From: Escherichia phage HF4s
Sequence record: MT833387.1
DNA: 39,390 bases
Reading direction: 5' to 3' (one strand)
This document shows, one piece after another, positions 11,515-21,571 of this stretch. The translations under genes were made by a program, and so were the position numbers. Under the pieces are notes generated by a model, which was not told the DNA's origin, made no database searches, and was given only the letters and a program-made list of their open reading frames with translations. Numbering within the stretch: position 1 is the stretch's first letter; every line of letters begins with the position of its first letter.

Positions 11515-13511
11515 TGGCTAAAGCATGGAAAGATGTTATCGCCTCTCCACAGTATCAGGCGTTAGCACCAGAACAAAAAGCGCAGGCTCAGGAGCAATAC
11601 TTCAATGAAGTCGTTGCTCCGCAAGCCGGAGAAAATGCAGAGCAGGCTAAGCAAGCTTTCTATGCTGCCTATCCATTGCCATCTGTGCAGCCAGTGGAGA
11701 CACAGCAACCAGTAGCACAGCAACAACCACAGCAAAGTGGATTCATGTCTGATCTTGGCGAAGCAGTAAAAGAGACTGGTCGCGGAATGGTGCAGGCTGG
11801 CGTGAACGTGGCAAACATACCTGCATCAGTTGCCGATGCTGTAATAAGCGCGGCGGCTTGGGCTGGCGGTAAACTCGGCATTGGCGATGGTACATATCAC
11901 CCAGCGCCACGAGTAACAACGCAGGGATTAGAGCAGGACTTTGGCCTTCAGCAAGGCGCGCTGACTCCACAAACGACAGAGGGCAGGGTGTTTGCTGAAG
12001 CATTGCCTTACCTCACTCCTGCTGGCGTTGAGAGAGCGGCAGCACAGGCACCAACACTTGCTGGTCGAATTGCTCAGGGGGCAACTCGCCTTCTAGCAGA
12101 AAACGCAGTTGGATCACTTGCTGCAAATAGTGCGAAAGATGATGCGGAAGCACTCGCCACCGATTTAGGCGTTGGTGTGCTGGCTGGCGGTGCTATTAAC
12201 GCTGCCGGACGTGGATTAGGTGCTGCTTATCGTGGCGTTCGTGGTGCTATTGCGCCAGAAGCGCAGCAGGCTATCAGATTTGCAGAGCGTGAAGGAGTTC
12301 CTCTGCACACCACAGACCTGTTACAGCCTACTTCCCGGGTCGGAAAAATGGCGCAGACTACAGCAGAAAATATCCCTCTGGCTGGCACAAGCGGAATGAG
12401 AGCAACGCAACAGGAAGCGAGAAGCCAGTTGGTGCAGAGATTTGCTGATAAATTCGGCGAGTACGATCCGGCAGTTGTTATTGACAGCCTTAAAGCGAAA
12501 ACATCAGGAATTCGTCGTGCTGCAGGGAGCCGTCTTGAGCAGGTTCAGAATGCAATGGCGGGAGTCAATATACAGCCTGCGCGAGCAATTCAGCAGATTG
12601 ATACTGAGATATCTAATCTGCAGAAGCTTGGTAAGGTAGCTGATAACGAGACAATTTCAAAACTTCAGTCATATCGTGATGAGCTTGTTCGTAATGCTGG
12701 CCCTGATGGTCCGGTAAATCTGGATTTGAAGCAATTAAGCGACCTGCGCAGCCAGTTCAGAATGGACGTGAAGGGTGAGCGACCAGTGTTACCAAACCGT
12801 TCCGATGCCGCCATTCAGCGCGTTTACAAGGCAATGACTGACGATATCAATGGTGCCATTGGTCAGAATCTTGGCAACGATACTCTCCGTAAATATCAGC
12901 AGGCCAATGCCGTCTACGCTGACGAAGCGGCGAAACTAAAGAATACCAGGCTGAAGAATGTTCTCATGAAAGGCGACCTGACGCCTGAGGTCGTAAACAA
13001 CATGCTTTTCAGTAAGAACAAGTCTGAGGTGCAGAACCTCTACAACTCTGTCGGCCAAGTAGGTCGGTCTCAGATGCGTAACGGCATTATCGGCAAGGCG
13101 ATGGAAAAATCAGGTGGCTCACCTGACCAGTTCCTGCGACAGGTTAACCTGATGTCTAACCAGACTGGAATCGCGTTTAAAGGTCGTGATGCTGCTTATC
13201 TGAAAGGGCTGAAGAACTACCTGGAGTCAACGAAGCGAGCAGGACAAGCAGGAGTAACAACGCCAACCGGCCAGCAGGCTATCCCGTTCATTATGGGAAT
13301 TGGCACTGTAACTAACCCAGCATTATTAGGGGTTGGAGGTGGATATGGCTTACTTGCAAGAATGTATGAGAGCGAACCAGCACGTAATGCGATGCTTCGC
13401 CTGGCAAATACCCCTAGAGGGTCTACCGTCTTCGAGAAAGCGTTATCTGACGTCGAGCGCATTGTTAATTCATTCGCTCAGGGCGCGAAGTCTGAGGCAT
13501 TAAGTGAATAG
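11514..13511 (+). CDS. ejection protein, P22 gp16-like
   Basis: 665 aa in the gp16 position; Gly/Ala-rich segments. Confidence 0.75.
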   Translation: MAKAWKDVIASPQYQALAPEQKAQAQEQYFNEVVAPQAGENAEQAKQAFYAAYPLPSVQPVETQQPVAQQQPQQSGFMSDLGEAVKETGRGMVQAGVNVANIPASVADAVISAAAWAGGKLGIGDGTYHPAPRVTTQGLEQDFGLQQGALTPQTTEGRVFAEALPYLTPAGVERAAAQAPTLAGRIAQGATRLLAENAVGSLAANSAKDDAEALATDLGVGVLAGGAINAAGRGLGAAYRGVRGAIAPEAQQAIRFAEREGVPLHTTDLLQPTSRVGKMAQTTAENIPLAGTSGMRATQQEARSQLVQRFADKFGEYDPAVVIDSLKAKTSGIRRAAGSRLEQVQNAMAGVNIQPARAIQQIDTEISNLQKLGKVADNETISKLQSYRDELVRNAGPDGPVNLDLKQLSDLRSQFRMDVKGERPVLPNRSDAAIQRVYKAMTDDINGAIGQNLGNDTLRKYQQANAVYADEAAKLKNTRLKNVLMKGDLTPEVVNNMLFSKNKSEVQNLYNSVGQVGRSQMRNGIIGKAMEKSGGSPDQFLRQVNLMSNQTGIAFKGRDAAYLKGLKNYLESTKRAGQAGVTTPTGQQAIPFIMGIGTVTNPALLGVGGGYGLLARMYESEPARNAMLRLANTPRGSTVFEKALSDVERIVNSFAQGAKSEALSE

Positions 13512-13620
13512 GGCGACGCCAACACATATTCCGAAAATTAAGAAAGCAAAGTTCAACAAGTTTCGTTCCATAAACCCTCCACTCTTTTAACCAATTATAA
13601 CCGACCTTAACGCAACGCTG

Positions 13621-13646
13621 CGCAAGTTTTAGCTTGTGCGGTTTTG
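13621..13646 (+). terminator. imperfect hairpin plus U-tract upstream of tailspike
   Basis: CGCAAG-ttttag-CTTGTGCG followed by GTTTTG in the 155-bp gap between gp16 and tailspike. Confidence 0.3.
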
Positions 13647-13666
13647 CTGCGCCAGGAGCACAGTAA

Positions 13667-16042
13667 ATGTCAGATATCACAACAAATGCTGTTGTCGTAA
13701 ACCCACGCCCTATTTTCACCGACTCAAGAACGTTCCGAGCAGTTGCTAATGGTAAAATCTACGTAGGGAAAATAGACACCGACCCAACCATTCCATCAAA
13801 CCAGATCCCGGTCTACCTTGAAAATGAGAATGGTGACAAGGTTCAAATCCCTCAACCACTCATCGTAAATAACGCTGGCAAGATTGTTTACAACGGACAG
13901 TTAGCAAAGGTCGTAACGGTAAACGGTTATAGCATTGCCGTATATGACGCCTACGGTTCTCAAGTTGACTATATCCCAAACGTCCTTGGGTACGATCCAG
14001 ATAGCTTCAAAGACCAATTAGCTGGCCCAGACGGAGCATCGTTAATTGGTTATGGCAATGGAACGGTTGCAGATAAGCTTGATGAGCTTAAGACGCCATT
14101 TGACTTCGGCGCTAAAGGGGATGGAGTAACTGACGACACGCTGGCATTACAAGCATACATTGATGGTGTAGATGGCGACATTGACTTATACGGAAAAACT
14201 TATCTAGTTAGCAAAAACCCAGCACTTGCAACTACCTATCCAACGGAACCTGATTTAGCCAACAATGGATACAACTTCTGCCCGTGTCTCGCTATAGTTA
14301 ATAAAACCAATAAGAGAATCTTTAACGGCACACTCGTCAGCAAGGTATTTGGTCAGTCTGTTCTGTCTATCATCAACAGCACAGGAATAGAAGTTAACCT
14401 TAAAATTGTTGGGTTTGGTAAGTTTCCTGCCATTGACCACCCTAGTGGATATGCGGAAAAAGGATATTCAACTGGGGGCTACAATACGATTGATGGAGGC
14501 CTTCTTCTTGGCCCAAACAATTCAATCCCCACCTCCAGCTATACGCTAGGAAAGTACAATGGGGTATCAGGTCAGTTCCCAATATACGATGCCTCATGTA
14601 ACCCTACAGGTGGATATCAGTCTACTTGGGGTGCATTTGGAGGGGGTTACATTGGTAGCTATGCATGTGCTGTAACTATTCAGCGGGCATGCAAAAATAT
14701 AACACTACGCGGCTGTGAGATATACGGATTCAATGAAGCTGCTGTCGGCATTGGCATAAGATTTATTGTCAGCTCCACTGGATACACCGACTATACAACC
14801 GATGCTGATGTTCCTCGTGGGGTTAACGTCCTGGATTGCTATCTGCATGACTGCTACACAGCAGGAGTGCACGTATGCTCAGGGTACAATATTGTTTATG
14901 ACTCGTTAAGAGTGGAGAACATTGGTCATCCCAATGCAGATGACGCAACAGACACAGACATTAACCCAGGATACGGAGTAACAACATCAAGATTTAGAAA
15001 CATCCGAAACATAACTTGCGTGAATAGTTTCTTCCTAAATTGCAAACGCAAATCTATCGATTTCCATGCAGGCGGGCAATTGATAGTTGATGGAAACTAT
15101 TGCATGAGAACAGGTGTCAATGGCATATATTTTGAGGCGGGATTTGGTTGGGATAATGGATACGAGCCATATAACGTCATTGTTACTAACAATTACATTG
15201 TTACAAGAGCACTAGGCGTGGTTGGCACTGGTGGGATTTCCATGGTAGGAAATGGCTCCGCCCTAGCAGAGTCATACCCGTATCCTTTTTTGAAGTGTAA
15301 CAACAACTATATTGAGGTAAGGGCTGCCAACGGGGTGGGTATTAATAATGGTTACAACAATAACGATTACCACTATGAGGACATAAACATATGTGATAAT
15401 ACGGTTGTATACAAATCTGACACCTACACCCCGGGTCAGTTTGTTGCTATTCGTTGCAACCTAAATACTCCTTCATCTACTACTCTTCCGAAGCAAAACA
15501 TCAAGCTCTGTCGTAACAGCATAAAAATCCTGACAACGCTTGGTAATTACGCATTCGGAACTCCAATAACCATCGGTGGAACTCCTGCTGTTCTTATTGC
15601 AACCGATAATACAGTGGATATGGGGAACGTAGCTAATGGATCAAGTGCATGGTATGCGACAATTACCCCCAACCCAATAACTGACTATTACTTCTCAGGT
15701 AATAAAATACTTAACTACATTAAACCAGCCACTTTAAGACAAGCGGAAGTTATGTTCTATGACAACATAGGATTTACTGCCACAGGAACTTATGTTTCGA
15801 TAGCTATGCAGTGGTTTAGAGGGATATGGACGGTTGATGCAGCTGGTCTCGATTCACTTGCTGGCGCTAAGTCAGTTACCCTTGCATCTGACGGGGTCGG
15901 GATCACTCAGGGAACCCCGATACAACATGGGTCAATATCAGCTGCAATGACAATAAGTTCATCTAATATTGGGTTTACTACCACCGCCGGAACGACATGC
16001 TACGTTGGCGTAAAAATGAAACCTGTTGGTATTAAAGCATAA
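13667..16042 (+). CDS. tailspike protein: P22-type head-binding domain fused to a pectate-lyase-like beta-helix depolymerase domain
   Basis: 791 aa; first ~115 aa closely match the P22 gp9 head-binding domain (NPRPIFT...[16 protein letters not shown]...YDPD); remainder is unrelated to the P22 endorhamnosidase and carries the [13 protein letters not shown] motif of pectate-lyase-fold depolymerases. Confidence 0.9.
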   Translation: MSDITTNAVVVNPRPIFTDSRTFRAVANGKIYVGKIDTDPTIPSNQIPVYLENENGDKVQIPQPLIVNNAGKIVYNGQLAKVVTVNGYSIAVYDAYGSQVDYIPNVLGYDPDSFKDQLAGPDGASLIGYGNGTVADKLDELKTPFDFGAKGDGVTDDTLALQAYIDGVDGDIDLYGKTYLVSKNPALATTYPTEPDLANNGYNFCPCLAIVNKTNKRIFNGTLVSKVFGQSVLSIINSTGIEVNLKIVGFGKFPAIDHPSGYAEKGYSTGGYNTIDGGLLLGPNNSIPTSSYTLGKYNGVSGQFPIYDASCNPTGGYQSTWGAFGGGYIGSYACAVTIQRACKNITLRGCEIYGFNEAAVGIGIRFIVSSTGYTDYTTDADVPRGVNVLDCYLHDCYTAGVHVCSGYNIVYDSLRVENIGHPNADDATDTDINPGYGVTTSRFRNIRNITCVNSFFLNCKRKSIDFHAGGQLIVDGNYCMRTGVNGIYFEAGFGWDNGYEPYNVIVTNNYIVTRALGVVGTGGISMVGNGSALAESYPYPFLKCNNNYIEVRAANGVGINNGYNNNDYHYEDINICDNTVVYKSDTYTPGQFVAIRCNLNTPSSTTLPKQNIKLCRNSIKILTTLGNYAFGTPITIGGTPAVLIATDNTVDMGNVANGSSAWYATITPNPITDYYFSGNKILNYIKPATLRQAEVMFYDNIGFTATGTYVSIAMQWFRGIWTVDAAGLDSLAGAKSVTLASDGVGITQGTPIQHGSISAAMTISSSNIGFTTTAGTTCYVGVKMKPVGIKA

Positions 16043-16046
16043 ATAT

Positions 16047-16070
16047 GGCGGGGATACCCCCGCCTATTTT
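16047..16070. terminator. bidirectional intrinsic terminator between convergent tailspike and gtrC
   Basis: GGCGGGG-ata-CCCCGCC hairpin flanked by A/T runs on both sides. Confidence 0.6.
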
Positions 16071-17301
16071 ATTTCTGGTATATGTAATCGATACCGTAAT
16101 ATTCTCCAGCAGCTTTAGGGTTATGGAACTTATCAAGGCGATCCCCTAACCTGAAAGTGTTCTTCTCATTATATTTTGGCACTGTAATCACCTTTTCTCC
16201 AGAATGAATGCCTTTCTCTATCATTGCCACTCTGTCCAAGTATTGATTGTTTATATCTATGTAATATGATGACAACATGAAATAATCAACAAGAAATACA
16301 GGCAATAAAGTTAAAAGTAATACTGGCGTATAAAATTTTGAGATTTTCCCCTCAAATGAAGAAATTATCAGCGACAGACTTGCGAGAAGCAAAATAAAAC
16401 CAGTGGTCATAGCCCTTTGCGGATAGTAAGGTGCTGCAAACATAATTACATTCGAGCCGATTGCAAGGGCAAAGAATATAAAGGAGTATTGCATTTTTGT
16501 TTTATCATGCAGCATTGACAATGACGACAAAATAAACATTGATGTCATGATTACGATTATTAGTGCCCCATACTGCACAAGCATTTCAGGCATCCGGTCA
16601 AGCATGTGAAAGTAGATTCTTTCAGTTAAATCTTTTGAATACCATGAACTGAATGAAGGGCCGGAAGCCCTTGCTGCATTCCCAGGTGCCAAAAGCATGG
16701 AGGCAGAACCAACAAGTACAAATGGCAATAGAGCCAAATCTTTTACAGCGAAACGCTTGTTTATGAATGCCAATATACTATGACAAACGATAAATCCCAC
16801 AGAAAGCACCGCCACTGACTCATTCGATGCGCCAGCTAAAAATCCTAACGCAGCTTGTGGTATGGTAAATTTTACACCTTTCATTAAATTATTGCACAAG
16901 AGCATTAGAAGTAATGAAGGTATTAGATAATTAACAAACCCTACAACCCAAAAGGTATTTTGGCCTATGGAAGGGTTAAAAATAAAGAATGAAACCGCTA
17001 TTAAGCAGAATATAGCAGCCCCACCCTGAGCCATTCTCCTAATAACATGCATCAGAAGTATGCTAACTGTCGCGGTAACAGTTGCACTCATCGCATTAGA
17101 TTTAGCAAAAAGGATCATCGGACTAATAAAGTCTACTATGTATCTGCCGCTCCACCCCATATACATTGCAATATGCTTGTCAATGCTAAATCCAAGATTG
17201 CAGAATGCATAATCATCAGATTGCATTGGTGAAAGATAGCTTATTGCCCAAACCATCCCAAAGAAGGCAATATATGCGATAGGGTCTAAATACTTTTTCA
17301 T
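16069..17301 (-). CDS. gtrC: serotype-specific O-antigen glucosyltransferase, GtrC-type polytopic membrane protein
   Basis: 410-aa multi-pass membrane protein immediately downstream of gtrA-gtrB in the same orientation; visibly AT-rich relative to neighbours. Confidence 0.7.
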   Translation of the reverse strand: MKKYLDPIAYIAFFGMVWAISYLSPMQSDDYAFCNLGFSIDKHIAMYMGWSGRYIVDFISPMILFAKSNAMSATVTATVSILLMHVIRRMAQGGAAIFCLIAVSFFIFNPSIGQNTFWVVGFVNYLIPSLLLMLLCNNLMKGVKFTIPQAALGFLAGASNESVAVLSVGFIVCHSILAFINKRFAVKDLALLPFVLVGSASMLLAPGNAARASGPSFSSWYSKDLTERIYFHMLDRMPEMLVQYGALIIVIMTSMFILSSLSMLHDKTKMQYSFIFFALAIGSNVIMFAAPYYPQRAMTTGFILLLASLSLIISSFEGKISKFYTPVLLLTLLPVFLVDYFMLSSYYIDINNQYLDRVAMIEKGIHSGEKVITVPKYNEKNTFRLGDRLDKFHNPKAAGEYYGIDYIYQK

Positions 17302-18214
17302 TTTCTTCCCTTCAGCACGTAACGAGGCCTATTCTTAACTTCTACGTAAATCCTGCCAATGTACTCACCGAGCACACCAATTCCTATTAGCTGAATACCG
17401 CCAAGAAAAAGAATAGAAACAAGGAGGGATGGATACCCACGAACCGCATTACCAAAGGCCAGGGTGTCTATAATCATCCACGCGCCGTACATAAACGCAG
17501 CACCGGCAACGAACAGGCCAATATAAGTCCACATGCGCAGTGGGAATGTTGAGAAGCTTGTGATCCCCTCAAGCGCCAGGTTCCATAGCTTCCAGCCGTT
17601 GAATTTGGTGCTTCCAGCCACTCGTTCTGCTCTGGCATACTCCACAACATCGGTACGGCCGCCAACCCAACTCAATACGCCTTTCATGAACAGGTTGCGC
17701 TCAGGCATGAGCTTAATGTTTTCTACCACCTCGCGAGACATTAGCCTGAAATCTCCAACATTTTCCTCGATCTGCGGGTTGCTGATTTTGTTATGCAGCT
17801 TATAGAACCACTCGGCGGTTTTCCTCTTCAGTCTGCCATCAGTTGAGCGGTCAGATCGTTTAGCAAGCACCATGTCAGCACCTGCTAGCCACTTTTCAAT
17901 CAGATGAGGAATGACCTCAATCGGGTCTTGCAGGTCAACATCAATAGGAATAACGGCATCACCTGTTGCATGGTCTAACCCTGCAAACAATGCTGGTTCT
18001 TTACCAAAGTTTCGTGTAAATGACAGCGGAACAACTAGAGGATCTGAAACGGACAGAGCGTTAATGATTGACTCCGTAGCGTCTTTGCTACCATCATTTA
18101 TAAAAACAATTTCCACTTCATATGGCTTCAACTCTTCGAATTCACGTACCGTTTTATAAAAATAGGTATCGCTTCCTCTTCGTTGAAGACAGGAACGACC
18201 AGAGATATCTTCAT
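17298..18214 (-). pseudogene. gtrB: bactoprenol glucosyltransferase GtrB, frameshifted after codon ~19
   Basis: ATG overlapping the gtrA stop encodes the canonical [19 protein letters not shown] and then terminates; the rest of GtrB ([10 protein letters not shown]...) continues in another frame; break at the T5 run (plus-strand A5, 18158-18162). Confidence 0.85.
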
Positions 18215-18573
18215 TTCGCATCCCTAAAGACAATGAACTTTGAATAGACGAAACCGCACACTAGGCTGATGGCGGAGAAGGTGACAAGAGTGACAATTGG
18301 AGGAAGTGCACATTTATCGGCAGCCCATCCAACAGTAGCACTCAGTGTTCCCATGAATCCTACATATAACATGTAGCGCATCGTTGTAGTCGAAGCTTTG
18401 AATGTGAATTTTGCATTCGCGAAGAAGCTAAAGCTCACAGCCACAACGAAACCTGCGAAGTTTGCAAGAGCCTGATTGGTGTGCGCGGCATAGATACATA
18501 CACCAAAAACCACCCAATGTATAAGTGTGTTCAGCACACCAATCGAGGTGTACTTTGCAAATAGCTTTAACAT
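18211..18573 (-). CDS. gtrA: GtrA flippase-like small membrane protein
   Basis: 120-aa hydrophobic protein with stop overlapping the gtrB start (ATGA); typical gtrA size and arrangement. Confidence 0.85.
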   Translation of the reverse strand: MLKLFAKYTSIGVLNTLIHWVVFGVCIYAAHTNQALANFAGFVVAVSFSFFANAKFTFKASTTTMRYMLYVGFMGTLSATVGWAADKCALPPIVTLVTFSAISLVCGFVYSKFIVFRDAK

Positions 18574-18706
18574 TTCTTCTATCAGCTAATAATCAAAGGC
18601 ATGAAGTCTATCATCCAAGCATCAATCGATCGATGACTTGCTGTGGTTGATGAGACAAAACTGAGATACACAAGGCTTTGTGACATTCGATAGTGGTTAA
18701 GGTCGA

Positions 18707-19900
18707 TCACTCCACCTTTTCATCAAGCCAGTCCGCCCACCACTGCATCATTTCTCTGCGCTTATCGAGATACTGAGCATGGTTGTAAATCCCACGCACA
18801 GATCCGCCGTTGGCATGTGCCAGTTGCACTTCAATAGCATCAGCAGGCCATTCGTGCTCGTTCATAATCGTGCTGAATTCATGCCTGAATCCGTGACCGC
18901 TTTCCAGACCCTCATAGCCGATTTGTTTGATCACAAGCAGTACCGCGTTCTCGCAGATTGGCTTCTTCTTATCGTTGCGCCCGGCAAAAACAAACTCTGA
19001 TACTGGTTTGGTGATTGAGCTTAGCGTAGTGAGAAGTTCAACCACCTGGTCTGACATAGGAACCACATGAATTTTGCGTCCTTTCATCACACTGGCGTCG
19101 ATGGTGATAATCCTGTTTTCAAAATCGACGTTCTTCCATAGCATGGAACGAAGCTCTTTCGTTCTTAGGGCTGTGTAGCGTAAAACTTTGGTCGCAATGA
19201 GCGATACGATACTTCCTGAAAATGTTGCCAGTGCTTTGTTGAATGCAGGGATCTGGTCTGCAGGAAGAAACGGGAAGTTCTTCTTGCGGTATCCCTTCAT
19301 GGCGTCAGCAAGGTCAGGTGCCGGGTTATATTTAGCCCTACCAGTGACAATAGCGTAACGGAAAACCTCGCCGCATCTTCTGCGGGCTTTGTTGGCTCGC
19401 TCCATTGCACCGCGATCTTCAAATCTGCGGATTACTTCCAACAGTTGCATCGGCTCAATATCCTGAATCTCAAGACCGCCGATGATGGGTAAAATGTCGT
19501 CATCAAACATTTTGGCAAGTTCAGTTGCATAGCCTACTGACCAGACTTGCTTCTTGTGCTCGTACCATTCCTTGTAAATCGCACTAAAGGAATTGTTGTT
19601 AGACGAAGCCTTTTTCGCCTTTACCGGATCGATGCCAACCGAGATGTCTTTCCTCGCAGTCCATGCTTTATCCCTTGCCTCTTGCAAAGTCATAAGCGGA
19701 TATTTTCCGACGGTCAGGATTTTCTCCTTACCGTCAATCTTGTAGCGAAGCTGCCATACCTTTTTCCCGGATACAGGGACATAAAGGTACAGGCCATTAC
19801 CATCGAGAAGGCGGTATGGTTTTTCTTTCGGCCTTGCTGCTTCAATCTGCTTAACGGTGAGCATGGGTAAAAATCCGGTGGGTAAAATTATTTTATCCAC
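18707..19900 (-). CDS. int: tyrosine integrase, P4-type (IntS-like)
   Basis: 397 aa with GTG start; N-terminal arm-binding-type domain and C-terminal catalytic domain with conserved R...H..R...Y region; attP-like sequence immediately upstream. Confidence 0.9.
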   Translation of the reverse strand: MDKIILPTGFLPMLTVKQIEAARPKEKPYRLLDGNGLYLYVPVSGKKVWQLRYKIDGKEKILTVGKYPLMTLQEARDKAWTARKDISVGIDPVKAKKASSNNNSFSAIYKEWYEHKKQVWSVGYATELAKMFDDDILPIIGGLEIQDIEPMQLLEVIRRFEDRGAMERANKARRRCGEVFRYAIVTGRAKYNPAPDLADAMKGYRKKNFPFLPADQIPAFNKALATFSGSIVSLIATKVLRYTALRTKELRSMLWKNVDFENRIITIDASVMKGRKIHVVPMSDQVVELLTTLSSITKPVSEFVFAGRNDKKKPICENAVLLVIKQIGYEGLESGHGFRHEFSTIMNEHEWPADAIEVQLAHANGGSVRGIYNHAQYLDKRREMMQWWADWLDEKVE

Positions 19901-20025
19901 TTTTTACCCGTCATGGAGTGCGGCTGTCAACGATCTGACGCGAACCATTACGAACTGTTAATCTACGGAAGGCTTGATATTCAGGGGATTTTGCGGACTG
20001 GTACGGATGGGAGCGAACTGATAAA

Positions 20026-20040
20026 TGGTGTCCCCTGCAG
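20026..20040. other. candidate attP core (reverse complement of the 3' end of an argW-type tRNA-Arg gene)
   Basis: TGGTGTCCCCTGCAG matches the complement of the tRNA acceptor 3' end, in the 213-bp gap between xis and int, as expected for P4-type integrases. Confidence 0.5.
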
Positions 20041-20113
20041 ACATCTACTTGAAGCGGCAGGGGATTGATTGGAATGGTGTTTTTTAGGTGTGAGAAATAT
20101 TTTACCCGCTATT

Positions 20114-20314
20114 TTACCCATTGGCGCGGCTTAAGAGCTTATTTTTGAATTCACAATGGTCACGATATAACCATCTTGCGCGTCCGTGGATAACTTTGGC
20201 TTTTGGCAGGTCGCCGGACTTAATCCGGTCATAGATGAAGGTTTTACCGAAGCCAGTATCGGCCATGATGAATTTCAAATCAACCAGGGAATCAGGCTGT
20301 AGTTCGTGTTGCAT
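20114..20314 (-). CDS. xis: excisionase / AlpA-family DNA-binding protein
   Basis: 66 aa with AlpA-like helix-turn-helix (IMADTGFGKTFIYDRIKSGDLP...GRARWLYRD); directly upstream of int. Confidence 0.7.
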   Translation of the reverse strand: MQHELQPDSLVDLKFIMADTGFGKTFIYDRIKSGDLPKAKVIHGRARWLYRDHCEFKNKLLSRANG

Positions 20315-20371
20315 GAGTGCTATCTCCGAATAGGGAATCGAACCTGCAAATCAGGCAATAAAAAACCGCCA

Positions 20372-20539
20372 TCAGGCGTTTTTGTGTTCTTTCAGTTCTT
20401 CAATTCGAATATTGGTTACGTCTGCATGTGCTATCTGCGCCCATATCATCCAGTGGTTATAGCAGTCGTTGATGTCCTCTGCTTCGATAACTCTGTTGAA
20501 TGGCTCTCCATTCCATTCACCTGTGACTCGGAAGTGCAT
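20372..20539 (-). CDS. small hypothetical protein (55 aa)
   Basis: ATG-initiated ORF below the track size cutoff (MHFRVTGEWNGEPFNRVIEAEDINDCYNHWMIWAQ...). Confidence 0.45.
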   Translation of the reverse strand: MHFRVTGEWNGEPFNRVIEAEDINDCYNHWMIWAQIAHADVTNIRIEELKEHKNA

Positions 20540-20610
20540 TTATCATCTCCATAAAACAAAACTCGCCGTAGCGAGTTCAGATAAAAGAAATCCCCGCGAG
20601 TGCGAGGATG

Positions 20611-20895
20611 TTATTCATTGCCGATATTCACCTTTATCGCGAACACCTTTACCGGTTTATCACCGAAGTGCGGATGTGTGATTGTCTTGATTTCATAGCC
20701 GCCATACGGAACGTCAATTCTGCGGCTGGAATCGTCACGCTTCGGATATCCCTTTGTGATAATCAGGCGGTCATACTCCCGGAACATAATTCGCTTATTC
20801 CAATAGTCATTACACAGGCGATACTCTTCCGTTTTCTCTCCTCGAATCATGGCATCGAAGTATTCACCTTTGACGGCAAGTTGTAGGTTAGCCAC
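20611..20895 (-). CDS. hypothetical ea-region protein
   Basis: 94-aa ORF, 8-nt overlap with the upstream gene. Confidence 0.5.
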   Translation of the reverse strand: MANLQLAVKGEYFDAMIRGEKTEEYRLCNDYWNKRIMFREYDRLIITKGYPKRDDSSRRIDVPYGGYEIKTITHPHFGDKPVKVFAIKVNIGNE

Positions 20896-21172
20896 GACCT
20901 TCCTCCTTTGGCTTGTGAATTTGTATCGTCATGCCGCTTTGAGTGGTGACTACAATGACAGAACCAGGCTGAAGGCTGTTAAGATTGAATGCTTCGTAAA
21001 ACGAATCCAAGGCCAGCGCTTTTTTATTCTTTCGGTTCCACCAACGCCATCCCTTGCTACAGGCTACACTGACAATCCACTGTCCACTCCTGTAAGCCAT
21101 ATAAAACCAGATGAGCAAAACCTGAAGGAAGGCTATCCAGTCAATAATCGTATATTTCGCGAAGGAGTCCAT
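20888..21172 (-). CDS. hypothetical single-pass membrane protein
   Basis: Internal ATG at 21172 preceded by GGAGGT RBS; one predicted TM helix (IIDWIAFLQVLLIWFYMAY). Confidence 0.5.
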   Translation of the reverse strand: MDSFAKYTIIDWIAFLQVLLIWFYMAYRSGQWIVSVACSKGWRWWNRKNKKALALDSFYEAFNLNSLQPGSVIVVTTQSGMTIQIHKPKEEGRG

Positions 21173-21379
21173 CACTTCACCTCCTGCGCCGTTTTGATGA
21201 TTGCTGCCAGACAATTCTTGCAAGGAACAAGCAGCGTTCCCTGCTCAATGCTCAATAGCGCATGCTGAGCATCCTGAAAAGCCATTCGAATGACCCTGGC
21301 CGATGACCGCACCATGTCTCAATCTCGTGCTTAGGGAGTTTAACTCCCTCTCGATAGTCATATTTGATGATGTGCTTTC

Positions 21380-21571
21380 TCACGACTTCACCTCCTGTTG
21401 AGCAGAAACCTGATTTTTGAGTGATTCAGAAATATTCCTGCAATACCTAGCGGATTCATCGTCGAAAATGCTTTCGAAATACTCAGCAATCCAGCCGAAC
21501 ACAACAACCTGCTCATTGCTTGGATTTGCACTTTGATTGAAGGCGGTTATTAGTGATGCACTCATACTCAC
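21380..21571 (-). CDS. hypothetical protein
   Basis: 63-aa ORF translationally coupled to the upstream gene. Confidence 0.4.
   Translation of the reverse strand: MSMSASLITAFNQSANPSNEQVVVFGWIAEYFESIFDDESARYCRNISESLKNQVSAQQEVKS

Noticed and set aside
13465-13719. Minus-strand 84-aa ORF spanning the gp16-tailspike junction
   Set aside because: Overlaps the end of gp16 and the start of the tailspike and lies antisense in a late-operon intergenic region; considered as a sieA-like gene but has no membrane or other features
18574-18706. Dam/OxyR-type phase-variation switch upstream of gtrA
   Set aside because: Only two GATC sites are present (one inside the int stop region) and no paired OxyR half-site arrangement is recognisable
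21224-21380. Two short overlapping minus-strand ORFs (38 and 35 aa) suggesting another frameshifted gene
   Set aside because: Translations are short with no recognisable homologue; evidence too weak to call a sixth frameshift
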